From positions 12,896,001 to 12,960,000 of the forward strand of contig JBHGNT010000003.1 of the NCBI GenBank assembly GCA_043228905.1: a DNA stretch of 64,000 nucleotides, read 5' to 3'. Source of the DNA: Azolla caroliniana (taxonomy: Eukaryota > Plantae > Polypodiophyta). The number at the start of each line of letters is the position of its first letter. Within the stretch, counting starts at the first letter, position 1. The notes under the pieces were generated by a model. The model was not told where the DNA came from. It did no database searches and saw only the letters and a program-made list of their open reading frames with translations. This document shows, piece by piece, positions 1-11,070 of the stretch. The position numbers and the translations under genes are program-made.

Positions 1-1887
1 GAACAGAATTACTCTACGACGGAACGCGAGGCATTGGGAATGGTGTATAGTGTCACAAAGTACAGGCACTATCTGCTCGGAAGGAAGTTTTCCTTCCATG
101 TCGACCATTCGGCACTACTCTACCTGGTCTCGAAGGCATCCCTGACGGGAAAAATTGCACGGTGGACACTGCTACTACAGGAATTTGAATTCGACATTTT
201 CCACCGACCCGGGGCGTAGCATGCGGTAGCGGACTATCTAAGCAGACTTGAATCCGGAGAAGCAGGGGACGGCGTCCAGGATGAGTTTCCCGACGCCGAA
301 TTGTTCCGGATCACGACGAAACCGGCAACGGATACAACGGTAGCCGACGAAGACACATGGCTAACTGAGATGCACCAGTTCCTGAGCACCGGAGTTCCCC
401 CGGACAACATGGACTGCGATGAAAGGAAAAGGGTAGCAGTAAGAAGTAGACATTTCTGCTTGGTTGGGGACACCCTCTATCACAAGGGGGCAGATGGCAT
501 CTGGAGACGAGCAGTGCGGAGCGATGAGAAGGATCTAATCCTCAGGGAAGCCCACTGTGGAATTGCTGGCGGGCATTATGCCGGCGACGCAACCGCTAGG
601 AAAATATGGCAGAGCGGACTGTGGTGGCCGACTACCCTAAAAGATGCCGTGAAGTATAGCAGAGAATGCGATTTGTGTCAACGACTGGGCCAACCCACAG
701 AGCAGGCCCAGATGCCACACCACCCGGTCTTGCCCTTAGAACCATTTCAAAAGTGGGGGTTGGACTTTGTCGGTCCCTTCAAACCACCGGCAATGCGAAC
801 CGGAAATCGGTATGTCATAGTGGCGACCGACTATTGCACCAAATGGGTAGAAGCAAAGTCCTTACGGGACAACACGGTCGCTTCCACGGCAAAGTTTCTG
901 TACGAATGCATATGGTGCCGGTATGGATGCCCGATCGAGCTTATAAGTGACCAAGGAGGACATTTTCCCGGGCAGGTAGTAGAAAGCCTGACGTCATTTT
1001 ACGCGGTGGTACATAAAAAGAGTACACCCTACTACCCTCAAGCCAATGGACTAGCGGAATCAACGAACAAAACTCTGCAGAACATCCTACGAAAAATCGT
1101 CAACGAGAACCGGACCGACTGGGATACGAAATTGCAAAGCGCGCTATGGGCGTACCGAACAACGTACAAAACCAGCATCCGGACAACCCCGTTCCGACTA
1201 GCATTCGGGTTAGAAGCGGTCATGCCGGTAGAGTTCCAGATCCCCAGCTTACGGATTCAGGTAAAGGAGCGCTTAAGTGAGAACGAGTCCGAACGAATCC
1301 GACTGGCAACGCTTTTGGAATTAGAGGAAAACCGAATAGCCAGCTTACTACAACTCGAACTGGAGCAAAGGAGGAGAAAAGCCTTCGTGGACTGACACCG
1401 GCGTGGCAATGAAAAGGAGTTCGAAGTCGGGAAACCGGTGCTACTATTCCAGACAAGGATGGGGAACATGCCGGGAAAGTTGCGGTTTCGATGGACCGGA
1501 CCGTTCTGGATCACCAAGGAGTACAATGGGTCGTATTAGCTCGGCACGTTGTCTGGAGATGTCATCGGCAAGTGGGCAAATGGATTTCGGCTAAAGCCGT
1601 ATAAAGGAAATATGCCAGCCAACCCGTTGAAGCGAAACCCGAAAATCCGGCAAGATGAGGAACCGACACCGACAAACGCTGCTCGGACCGAGGAAGAACC
1701 GACACCGACAGACGCTGCTGAAGACATTCGGACCGAGGAAGAACCGACACCGACAAACGCTGCTGAAGACATTCGGACAGAGAAAGAACCGACACCAATA
1801 CTGATGAGGACCATCCCGGAAAACCGACAGAAGGATCCGGTATCCACACGAACCGACCCGAACAAATCGGGGGGGACCAGCAAATGA
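1..1887 (+). pseudogene. Ty3/Gypsy (Athila-like, non-chromovirus) pol 3' part: RNase H end plus integrase, interrupted by 3 in-frame stops
   Basis: One reading frame carries RNase H (DHSALLYL..ARW), HHCC (EAH..GH..C..C), integrase core (WGLDFVGP, ISDQG, PQANGLAE), GKLRFRWTGPF and NGFRLKPY. Stops at 217, 1393 and 1537. Confidence 0.9.
1655..1800 (+). repeat. Short tandem repeat (~33-42 bp units) in the post-integrase tail
   Basis: Repeated GAGGAAGAACCGACACCGACAAACGCTGCT encoding EEEPTPTNAA. Confidence 0.8.
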
Positions 1888-1899
1888 CGTGGTCCAAGC

Positions 1900-1901
1900 A
1901 A

Positions 1902-1940
<39 letters not shown>

Positions 1941-1955
1941 AAATAAAAATAAAAA
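1900..1955. repeat. (AAAT)n microsatellite between pol and the extra ORF
   Basis: Directly visible. Confidence 0.9.
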
Positions 1956-2131
1956 ATGACGTGGGCAGAATCGACGCGAATCATCGTAATGATGGGGAGA
2001 TCACAAGAGGTGGGAGCGCCACCATGCAACGAAGAGGCGCCATGCATTAAAGAAGGATGTGTGCGGACTTGCTATTTAAAGCAGGGAACGTGGGCACTCA
2101 CACGCGGCAAACAAGAAAGGACATACTAATT

Positions 2132-5100
2132 ATGGCGGGAGAGGAACATGCGCGGGAAACGAAAAAGGACGGCTCGAGGCACAACCCACTATATAAGACA
2201 CAGGCCTGCAAAGGGCTCACGTTTTACGAATTTTCCTACATACAGGCGCAGAAGCACAGAAGAGCGACCCGACGCACAGAGCACACACAGCGCGATCCCG
2301 AACACCAGGCAGCAGACGAAGAATTCGAAGCAATGGTACTATCGGAAGAGGCACGCCAATGGATGAGGGAGAACGGGTTAAAAGGCTTGCTGCGGATCGC
2401 CGACGCTCCACCACACGCAGAACCAGAGCAGGCGGCAGCATCGATTGATATATCAGAAGTCACGGAAGGAGCGGTGCAGGCACTCACGGGGATCAAAGCA
2501 GAAGGACTGCAAACAATCGAAAACCCTTCCACTGAAATCCTGTTCGAATATTTCGGGGAATACTCTATCAGCAGCAAGGCGTACCGAACGCAGGGCGGAG
2601 AGAACCTGCTGTTCGGAGAAGTGGCCCGCGCTATGATGGAATACGGATTCGTGAATCCCCGTCCCCCGGTTATAGCCAAGTATCGGGCAGCATTCTTGAT
2701 AGCAGCGTACGAGGGCTTACAAATAGACTGGCTCCATTTCATAACCGAAGGATTGAAGGAGGCCATCAAAAATCTGGTGCAAGGAAAAAAGCCATGGGCC
2801 GGGATAGCACAATGGCTAACGGTGTTAGTCCCACCGGTACTCCCCATCACACAAAAGAAAAGAGGTCGGCTGGAGACGACGCCGAAAAAGGTCACAAAGC
2901 GCCGACAGATCTTGGAGAAACACACCCCCGGATGGACCCCGCAAGAAGCAGAACAGCAGGGGGAAGGACCATCCCGACAGCAACAGGAACCGGCAACAAA
3001 GGCAAAACCGGCAGGTAAAGGCAAAGGGAAAGCGGCCGAGGAGGAACCGGTAGCGCGCAAACCAATCCATATAACGCTGCGACGGCCGGAACCGGAACCA
3101 GAGGTCTCTAGACAAAAGGTCCGTCTGGTAACCGCACCGGAGGAGGAAACGGAAACAGAAGACTCATCCGAACCACTGGTAAGACTCCCAGCAAGACAAG
3201 GTCGGGAGAAACGGGCGAAAGGAGCGGCTCCACCAGTGGACAGAACTCAGCAGAGGGCGCAAGGACCATCTCCAGTAGCCGAGGTGGAAATAGCACCGGA
3301 ACCCGTACCCAGGGAAGCAGCACCGACACCGGTTGGGCCGGACTTCAGAAAACCGGTCATCCCAGAGAAGAAGAAGGAACGAGCGCCGGAGCCGGAGCCA
3401 GAGAAGAGGCCGGAAAATCAGCCTGGCTTAAGTGAGCAAGGCCACCCCGAAATCGGAAGAACAAAGCCACAATGGCTGAGATGGCTTTCGGAGCAGTTAT
3501 CGGGAGTAGCGGACCAGTTAGAGAAAGAAGAAACGTGTCGGCAACAGCTGACGCATACAACAACTCAGGAGTTGGTCGCACTCCGAACACAGATCGAGGA
3601 AATGCAAGGGGAGCTGTTGCAGGCAAGGGAAGGAATTCAACAAGCACAAGCTGTCACCGAGCCGGTCGGGACAACAAGGAAGCAACCAGAACCGGAACCG
3701 GAACCGGTAGCCTTGCATACCGGCCCTGAAACCGAAAAAATAATAGAAACCTTACGAGAGGAGTTACAAGCTCAGGAGGCATTAAGGGAAAGAGAAAGGG
3801 AGCAGCGGAAAGCGGTGGAGGATGACAGACGAAAAATGGAAGAAGGCCTCCGGAAAGGTCGAGCCGCTAATGACCGACTGCAAGAAGAAAAAGAGAAGCT
3901 GCAGAAGGAGAAGGACCGACTACGTCGACATGCCGAACAAGAGATAGAACGACTGCAGGAAGAACTCCGACAACAGAAGGACCGGGACAATCGGTTAAGA
4001 GCTCAGGCAACCCGACGCCTGAAGCAGAAGACGGAGGACTTCGACCGTCTCTACCGAGATCACAAGCAGGCCGAGTCGGACAACAAAAAACGAGCAGCAG
4101 ACTACGACCGGCAAATAGAGAAGCTGAAAGAGCAGCTCAAAGAGACCCGATTAGACCTGGCTAAGGCGATGGATGAGGTCAGTGCCAACAAGGAAGCATT
4201 GTCGGCGGAAATAGCCCAAGCAACGGAGAGAAGGAAGGAATTAGAGGAGCTAAGGCGGGAAAAGTTGGACCTGACCAAGATCAGGAATGAAGAAAAGGAA
4301 AAATCGACCTTCACGATCAGCAAACTGCAGAGTACCTATGAAAAGCAGAAAGCAGATTACGAGGCCCAGGCTCAGATAATGGCCGACATTATAAAACGGG
4401 CAAGGAAGGAAAAGCAGGAAGCTTATGCGCATGCTAAGGCAGGAGTTGACCGGATCAAGCTCATCATGTCAGGATGGAGTACCCGAGCTCAGGCAAGTAT
4501 CAACGAAAGTACGGAAAAGCTATGGAAGGAGTGGTCACAACAGGCAGCCGAGCTGCAGACACTCCGAGCGGATGCCGAGAATCGGAAGAAGACCGGCGAC
4601 AGGTTCTACAAGATGGATGAAGAAAGTATCGTCGCCATTCGGGAGGAATTGTCGGAGGATTTCTACACTTTAGCAGAAGAACACCTCAAAGAAATCCGAG
4701 GCTTGGTAGAGAGGTTGGATGACGGGCAGCTCGCAACTCAATTGGAGTTGGAGAGATACGAGCAGGACCGGTTACGACAGGAAGCTAAGGGAAGAACGAC
4801 GCCAACTACTATTGGTGAGGGAACGCGACCGACTGAAGATGAACCAACCGACACCGAACAACCCCGACGAGGAATACCTGAAGACGAACTTGAAGAAGAG
4901 CAGGAGCGGACCGATGCCGGAGAAGAAGAAGAGCTGAGACCGGAAGACACCAGGGCAGAGGAAGGAGGCATATCAAGTCGACCAGTCGAGACCGGAGAAA
5001 GCGACACCGGTAACAGAACAGAGCCAGGAACGGAGGGAGAACAGGAAGAACCCGGACGAAGCGGTGAGGAAGCACCGGCACCACGGAATCAAGCAGAGCC

Positions 5101-5236
5101 GGAGCAGAAAATTTTTACGGAACAGCCTACCCAACAGGAGGTCGGAGACCAGGCAGGCAAGGAACAGGAACAGGAGGAAGAAGCACCACTTGACACTATC
5201 GAGCAAAGTGTGCTCGATATTTTGGAGGAAGACTGA
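2132..5236 (+). CDS. Gypsy extra ORF 3' of pol, ~1034 aa: globular N-terminus, Pro/Glu linker, long coiled coil, acidic tail
   Basis: Uninterrupted ORF (in-frame ATGs at 2057 and 2132) between integrase and the putative 3' LTR. E/K/R/Q-rich heptad region; no obvious transmembrane helix. Confidence 0.8.
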   Translation: MAGEEHARETKKDGSRHNPLYKTQACKGLTFYEFSYIQAQKHRRATRRTEHTQRDPEHQAADEEFEAMVLSEEARQWMRENGLKGLLRIADAPPHAEPEQAAASIDISEVTEGAVQALTGIKAEGLQTIENPSTEILFEYFGEYSISSKAYRTQGGENLLFGEVARAMMEYGFVNPRPPVIAKYRAAFLIAAYEGLQIDWLHFITEGLKEAIKNLVQGKKPWAGIAQWLTVLVPPVLPITQKKRGRLETTPKKVTKRRQILEKHTPGWTPQEAEQQGEGPSRQQQEPATKAKPAGKGKGKAAEEEPVARKPIHITLRRPEPEPEVSRQKVRLVTAPEEETETEDSSEPLVRLPARQGREKRAKGAAPPVDRTQQRAQGPSPVAEVEIAPEPVPREAAPTPVGPDFRKPVIPEKKKERAPEPEPEKRPENQPGLSEQGHPEIGRTKPQWLRWLSEQLSGVADQLEKEETCRQQLTHTTTQELVALRTQIEEMQGELLQAREGIQQAQAVTEPVGTTRKQPEPEPEPVALHTGPETEKIIETLREELQAQEALREREREQRKAVEDDRRKMEEGLRKGRAANDRLQEEKEKLQKEKDRLRRHAEQEIERLQEELRQQKDRDNRLRAQATRRLKQKTEDFDRLYRDHKQAESDNKKRAADYDRQIEKLKEQLKETRLDLAKAMDEVSANKEALSAEIAQATERRKELEELRREKLDLTKIRNEEKEKSTFTISKLQSTYEKQKADYEAQAQIMADIIKRARKEKQEAYAHAKAGVDRIKLIMSGWSTRAQASINESTEKLWKEWSQQAAELQTLRADAENRKKTGDRFYKMDEESIVAIREELSEDFYTLAEEHLKEIRGLVERLDDGQLATQLELERYEQDRLRQEAKGRTTPTTIGEGTRPTEDEPTDTEQPRRGIPEDELEEEQERTDAGEEEELRPEDTRAEEGGISSRPVETGESDTGNRTEPGTEGEQEEPGRSGEEAPAPRNQAEPEQKIFTEQPTQQEVGDQAGKEQEQEEEAPLDTIEQSVLDILEED

Positions 5237-5637
5237 GGCCGGGAGTGGATTCGAAGTGCAAGGCACTTTCCCACGGGCGTGCCATGTGTGGGCCGGTCAG
5301 AAGAGCAAGGACAAGTGGGAAGGCAGAATCGGATCGGATAATAGGAAGTAATAGTAGAATTATTATTCGGAGGGACGGATTCGGTACAGTTGTACTGATC
5401 CAGATCCGAACCAATTCGGATGTCGGTTGCCTAAGCGCACCGATTGTAACCTTGCCGGATGCCTATAAAAGGATCCGATGATTTGTAAAGTGTTTTGACG
5501 GAAGTAATACAATAGCAATTATTGTGTATTTATCTGTATCTCGTATTGTTTGCCGTCCGTGCTTAATTGTAATCATCTTATGCGTGTAACCTAGCATCCA
5601 ATCCTTACCACCCCTTTGGAGAAGTGTCGGATAGACA
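5234..5637 (+). mobile_element. Putative 3' LTR of the Gypsy element
   Basis: Purine tract (TTGGAGGAAGAC), then TG at 5234, TATA-like CCTATAAAAG at ~5462, and CA at 5637 abutting unrelated Copia sequence. The 5' LTR is outside the window, so the boundaries are unverified. Confidence 0.5.
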
Positions 5638-5639
5638 CC

Positions 5640-7013
5640 TGTGTTGAGGCTAGTCCAGCTAGACAGACAACACCCATCTTCCCCATCATCTACGTGGATA
5701 ACATGGTACTCTCTAGTCGACATGACGGAGAGCTCGTCAGACTTGTCAGGCAACTGCGGTTGAAGTTTGCCACGAAGGACCTCGGTTGACTTACCTTCAT
5801 TTTGGGGATGAAGATAAGTCACCTTTGGAATCGACGACAACTATTTCTGTCTCAAGACAACTATATTGGAAGTGTCTTGGAATGCTTCAACATGCAATCG
5901 GCAATATCTATGTCGACCCCGCTCCCAATCAGCCTTCGGCTATCTCACAAAGACTATTCGACATCCGGTCTGGAGGGGGAATGTTAGAGTGATGATCTAA
6001 TGTACGCATACGATAAGGATATAATATATATGAAATAAGAAAGGAGAGAGAGAAAGAAGGATGTCGATCCACCCGACCACCCTCGAGCGAAGGGATCGAG
6101 ACGGACTCGAGCCTCGATCGGCATCCCATACCACCGTTGTGGCGTCAAGTCGTACCTAGTGCTGGCACGCTCACTACAAGAGTTGACCCACCATGAAACA
6201 GAGTCTCAACGTAGTCAAGAGATGATCAAATGAGGGTAGTTAGGCCTCATATTTATTGTGAGACCCAAGGCCCCCAGGCAAGTTCACACTTGGCCTAATG
6301 GCTTGTCTTTAATCCCGAGGATTAAAAGTAATCCTCCCCTTCTTTACACTCTCGTTTAACCCTCACACTTATCCACATGTATAGAATACTACGGTAAATT
6401 CTCACCACAGGATAATATATGGTCATGCCCGTAACAGGGAAACTACAAAGCCAATACCATACACACCAACTATCAACTTCTTGATGTATGCGATGATCGC
6501 AACACGGTCGGACTTAGCTCATGTCGTAGGAGTCGTTAGCAGATTTATGTATAATCCCGATCGATCGCATTGGAACACGGTAAAGCATGTGTTTAGATAT
6601 CTAGTGGGCACAAAAGACCACGACATTTGATTCAATCCGAACAAGACTTGAGGTGTAGTTAGATACACGGACTCGGACTTTGCAGGCTGCCCGGACAACC
6701 GAAAGTCAACAACCGGATATTGCTTCAAATTTGTCAATGGGGCAATCTCGTGGAAGTCGAAACTACAGGAGTGCCCGTCAACATCAATGAGTGAAGCTGA
6801 GTATGTAGCCACATTCGACGTGGCCAAAAAGGCCTTATGGCTCAGTCGACTAGCGCGCACGTTTCGACAAGTCGATTCCGATTCGGCTACAATTGTCTAT
6901 AGAAACAGTCAAAGGTGTTGTCACTTTGTCCAAAAATCTAGTTCATCATAATGCCTCGAAGCATATCAATGTTCGATACCACTTCGTTCAAGACTACGTC
7001 ATTTCTGGGACAA
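5640..7013 (+). pseudogene. Decayed Ty1/Copia RT-RNase H fragment split by a solo LTR
   Basis: YVDNM..KDLG, LMYAMIATRSDLAHVVGVVSRFM, YTDSDFAG..RKSTTGY, KHINVRYHF; stops and frameshifts. Confidence 0.8.
5982..6436. mobile_element. Solo LTR (455 bp)
   Basis: TGTTA...TAACA termini with a perfect 5-bp TSD GGGAA (5977-5981 and 6437-6441). Confidence 0.85.
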
Positions 7014-7660
7014 TGTAGTAGATAGATAACCAATTGTCTTCTAGTAGTCCGATTCTAGTTTCTTTGACACCAAATGGGTGTCAGGAAATATCAGTCTGAT
7101 TAAATTGGACTCAAGGATGCTTTTGGACAATTGCCCTTGATAGTTTCGGGATTTGCCAATGAGCACAACTTCTTCAGCTTTAGCCGATTTGGGCTTTATT
7201 TTTCGGCCATTGCCTATTTAGTTGTAAGCCAATTAGTTCAACACTCTTTTGTATAAATTTGTAATTTTGTTTAGTCTTTAATTGACATATTCTTGTTGTA
7301 TGTGCCCATTACAGGGGAGTGTCGTTCATTATAGTGTATAATGGATGTATTCACACTATCCTATTGGATAGATGAGATTTAGGACAATTATGTAAATATG
7401 TCAAAGGGAAGTTGCCTTAGGCTAGTTGGTACATAAGTGGCTTTGTAACCTAGTTCATTGTGTTTGTTGTCATATATTGTAACTTTGAGAGTAGTAATAT
7501 AGTTAAATTGTTCTTGTGCCTCTTTGTTGTGTTGTTTCCTTGATCTTGTTCTCTTGCTACAGTTGCGTCTTGCTTCTCATATCAATCTCTTTTACTGACC
7601 TTATATATCATCCACTTGAAGATCTTCATTATATAGAGTGTTGGTTTTGTTCTGCACATT
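7014..7660. mobile_element. LTR-like noncoding insert
   Basis: Begins TGTAG immediately after Copia coding sequence and is AT-rich. No TSD found. Confidence 0.35.
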
Positions 7661-7669
7661 GACGGCCAC

Positions 7670-8900
7670 CTTCCAACACCAATAGCGGAAAGAAGCACTA
7701 GGAAGTTGTAAAACACATCTTCCGGTACCTTCAAGGCACCGAGGATCTGCCCTGACTTTCAGATTGAACTAGCCGACCAAAGTCAAAGGCTTCACCGATT
7801 CCGATTATGCCGGAAACTGCGACAATCTGAAATCGACATCAAGATATGTCTTCCCCTACAGAGGTAGAGCTTTCTCATGGAGGTCAAAGCTACAAGAATG
7901 CACGACGCTCTCTACAACAGACGTCGTATACATAGACGCGTCAAAGGTAGCCAAAGAGGTTATCTAGTTGCAATGACTATTAGCTGATTTTTTGGCAAAG
8001 AGCCGAATTGACCATCCCGCACTAACCCTATATTGTGACTCACAAAGCAGAATCCACCTCATTCAGAACCCAGTATACCATATGAAGGCAAAACATATCG
8101 AGGTGAGGTATCATCACATTTGGGAGCTCGTCCCCGACAAAAAGCTTGAAGTCCAAAAAGTGGATACCGATAACATCACCAATAGCTTGACAAAGCCATT
8201 CCTAGATCATCGCGTCAACAAACTCAGGAGACAAATGGGACTATTGCAAGTCAAGGAGCAAAGAGGAGCCGAATCTGAAGGAGCAGCAGGGGAGTCAAAA
8301 TTTTGAAGGGGCTGAACAAGCCGAAATGGCAATGTCGATGAGTTGAACAGCTGAAAGGTTGTAGAGGCCACTGAGTCCAAGAGAGCTGAAAGGCCACAAG
8401 TCAATCAAAGGGTAGATGGAGCCGGAAGTTGATTGCCGATCAGGAAGAAGGAACGAGGACCAACCAACGAAAGAAGCCAATGGCTAAAGGGTCAAAAGTC
8501 GACTTAGCTAATAGCCGATTCGACAACCAACCAATTTGGCAACTAGCCGACTCTACCACTGCCAATCTAGCTTGTAAATTCTAATTGTAGTTTAAATTTG
8601 CAATGTAATTTAAGCTTACGGGGGAGATAACCCCATTTCATTGTAAACCATTAGTGTTTTCCTTTTACGAGGAAGTTTGTTGGGCTAAAAGTTGCACTCT
8701 ACCTCAAATATGTATTCTTAGTGTGAACACGTCCTCACAGTTATGGCTTAGTTACCCTAACTATAAAAGTGAGAGACTAAGCCTTGTAAAGAAGTTCGAT
8801 GTTAATTGTAAGGTGTTGTCTCTTGAGCAAAATTGTCTCTCTGTGTAACTGTCATCTTCTTGATCTTCTATCTATATACTTTGTCATATTGAATAGTGCA
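7670..8900 (+). pseudogene. Second decayed Copia RNase H plus 3' region or LTR remnant
   Basis: GFTDSDYAGNCDN.KSTS, LYCDSQS.IHL.QNPVYH.KAKHIEVRYH. Confidence 0.7.
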
Positions 8901-10478
8901 CCATCATTTTCTCACTTGTTATCTATTTGCTTGATTCACACAAAAGATCCTAATTGCTATTCTGCAACTAGCCAACCTCATCATCTCACACTCACCAGCT
9001 CAGGCACATACTTCGAACAAGAGTATATATAGGATACACAAAGTCTTGGATCTTGAACACAAAGGTCTTCCACATATCTTAGAAAATTATGACAGAGGAG
9101 GTTTTGAAGTTGAAGCTTGAAGCTTGAACCTTCGCAAAATGTGCCCTAGAGAATAAAAAGTGAAGTATGCATTGGGTATGCTAAGCCTATAACTATGATA
9201 CTTCAAGGCAATGAAGCCCTCAAATACCCTCCCAAACAACAAACATGATTAACAATCAACCATTCAAAATACATGGGGTCAAATACTTCCTAACCTTCAT
9301 GCTCACACAGTTTGCCAACTAGGTAATGTATGACCAATCCGACAAAACATTCTTATGGATTGGTTGGCTATGATGTTTTTTACATGCAAAACCTAATTCC
9401 GAGACAACATCCTCCGTCAAGCATGACTATTATGAATAGACTTGACATGTTGGCAATGGTAAAGAAGATGTGCCCTATTCAATAGTAAATGTTGTGATGA
9501 CCATGAGGCAACACTAAATTATATTACTATGTTATCAACACGATGGATGGTCACATAAGAGGATCCTTATACGTCACTTGCTAGGTTGATGGAAAGGGCA
9601 CAACCACCCAACTAGATATCCCGTGAGCTAGTGTGATGACCCTTTTCCTGTGAACATAAATGTGACATAAATGGAAAGGACAACCAAAGTAGACGTCACA
9701 TGAGCTAGTGTGATGACCCTTTCCTGCCAACATGTCTCTTGATTATGGTAATGAGTGAGTGGTTGAAGTGTAAATGTAGTTAGCAAATGTTTTCATTAGG
9801 TTAGTAATTCTATGTATAAAAAACCCTACTTGAGCAAATAAGGTTGTCAATTAGCAACAAGTCATTTTTTGCATCTTTGTTATGTGGATGAGGATCACGT
9901 GAGCTTGCTTACACCCTTATAATTGACTTTATAGACACTCTACCTTTAAACCATCCTCTTTTCTAATGTAGCTCTAGATCATTTGGTCTAGATGTGCACA
10001 TCTTATAGTTTAACATAGACATGTTAATCATGGTTAAAGTGGGTCAAATTCGTTGATGCTATGGGAGAGGAAGTTTTGTAGCATACTAAATGCATGCATG
10101 GGCTATGGTGGAAAATCAGGTAGTAAGTGAAGTTTACACCAAATTGGAGCTTGGAAAATCATGTGTAGTTAGAGTGTATGTCCATGTATCCTCCGAGATT
10201 ATCATAATGTACACAATAGTGGTTTAAGCACAAAAAGAGTTGTTTCTCTAAAAGGTAAATGTTGCCATCATCACAGATTCACAACAATAGCAAGACCGAT
10301 AATTATTATATAGGTTTTTGAGGGTTGTGTAGGGACTTGGAAGAAAGCATAAATATGGATGTAACACCAACCCTTTGTTTAATGGAAGGCTACATGCAGC
10401 CTCATGATTGATTTGGTATGTACATATATATGTATGTATGTATTGATTGATTGATGCAAACGATCTTTGTGTTGTTTC

Positions 10479-10481
<3 letters not shown>

Positions 10482-10508
<27 letters not shown>
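10482..10508. repeat. (GT)n microsatellite upstream of the syntaxin gene
   Basis: Directly visible. Confidence 0.9.
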
Positions 10509-10513
<5 letters not shown>

Positions 10514-11070
10514 GCGTGATGGTGTTGGTGGTGGGATCCATCTCATCCCATCCCATCCATCCCATCCATTCAATGAAACTGATGATAAAAAGAAATGTCT
10601 CCACAATGTTCACCTCCTTCCTAATTAGTTCACAAGCCCCTCTCTCTCCCTCCCTCTCTCTCTCCATTCTTGGAGTAATGAGAAGAGGCCTTCCTTCGCA
10701 GGGGCCACTGTTATGTTTAGGTTATGGATCAGATCGATCTCATCTTTGACCTTATACATGCTTGGTGAAAAAGGGAAAAAACCGCAGGGAAAGGAGTATT
10801 ATACCAAACATATTTCTTGACTTTTTCTTTCTTTCTTTCGAGAGATGAGATGTGGTCAATGGAAACTTAAAAGGAGAATGAGAAATCATAGTCGTCCTGT
10901 TTGTTTCTTAGCCTGAGGTGCTCGCTCCTCAATATTTTCTTCTCTAATTGGAAATTTAGCGGATTTGCCCTTGGTTGAATCAATCTCATCATCAAATTCA
11001 GTTGTGTGTGTAAAATCAATCCTACCTCTCGTTCAACAAGGGTTTTCTATCAAAGTAGTTATATCAGGCC

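Noticed and set aside
217-1539. U-to-C RNA editing or readthrough rescuing the pol stops
   Set aside because: Reverse editing in ferns and hornworts is organellar; methyl-C deamination explains nuclear TE stops more simply.
2132-5236. Retroviral-like env gene, or a host myosin/SMC gene
   Set aside because: No signal peptide, TM segment or ATPase motif. It is intronless and lies between integrase and the LTR.
10248-10749. Short ORFs upstream of the syntaxin (also 41676-42356)
   Set aside because: They result from GT/GA microsatellites and low-complexity sequence, with no protein-like features.
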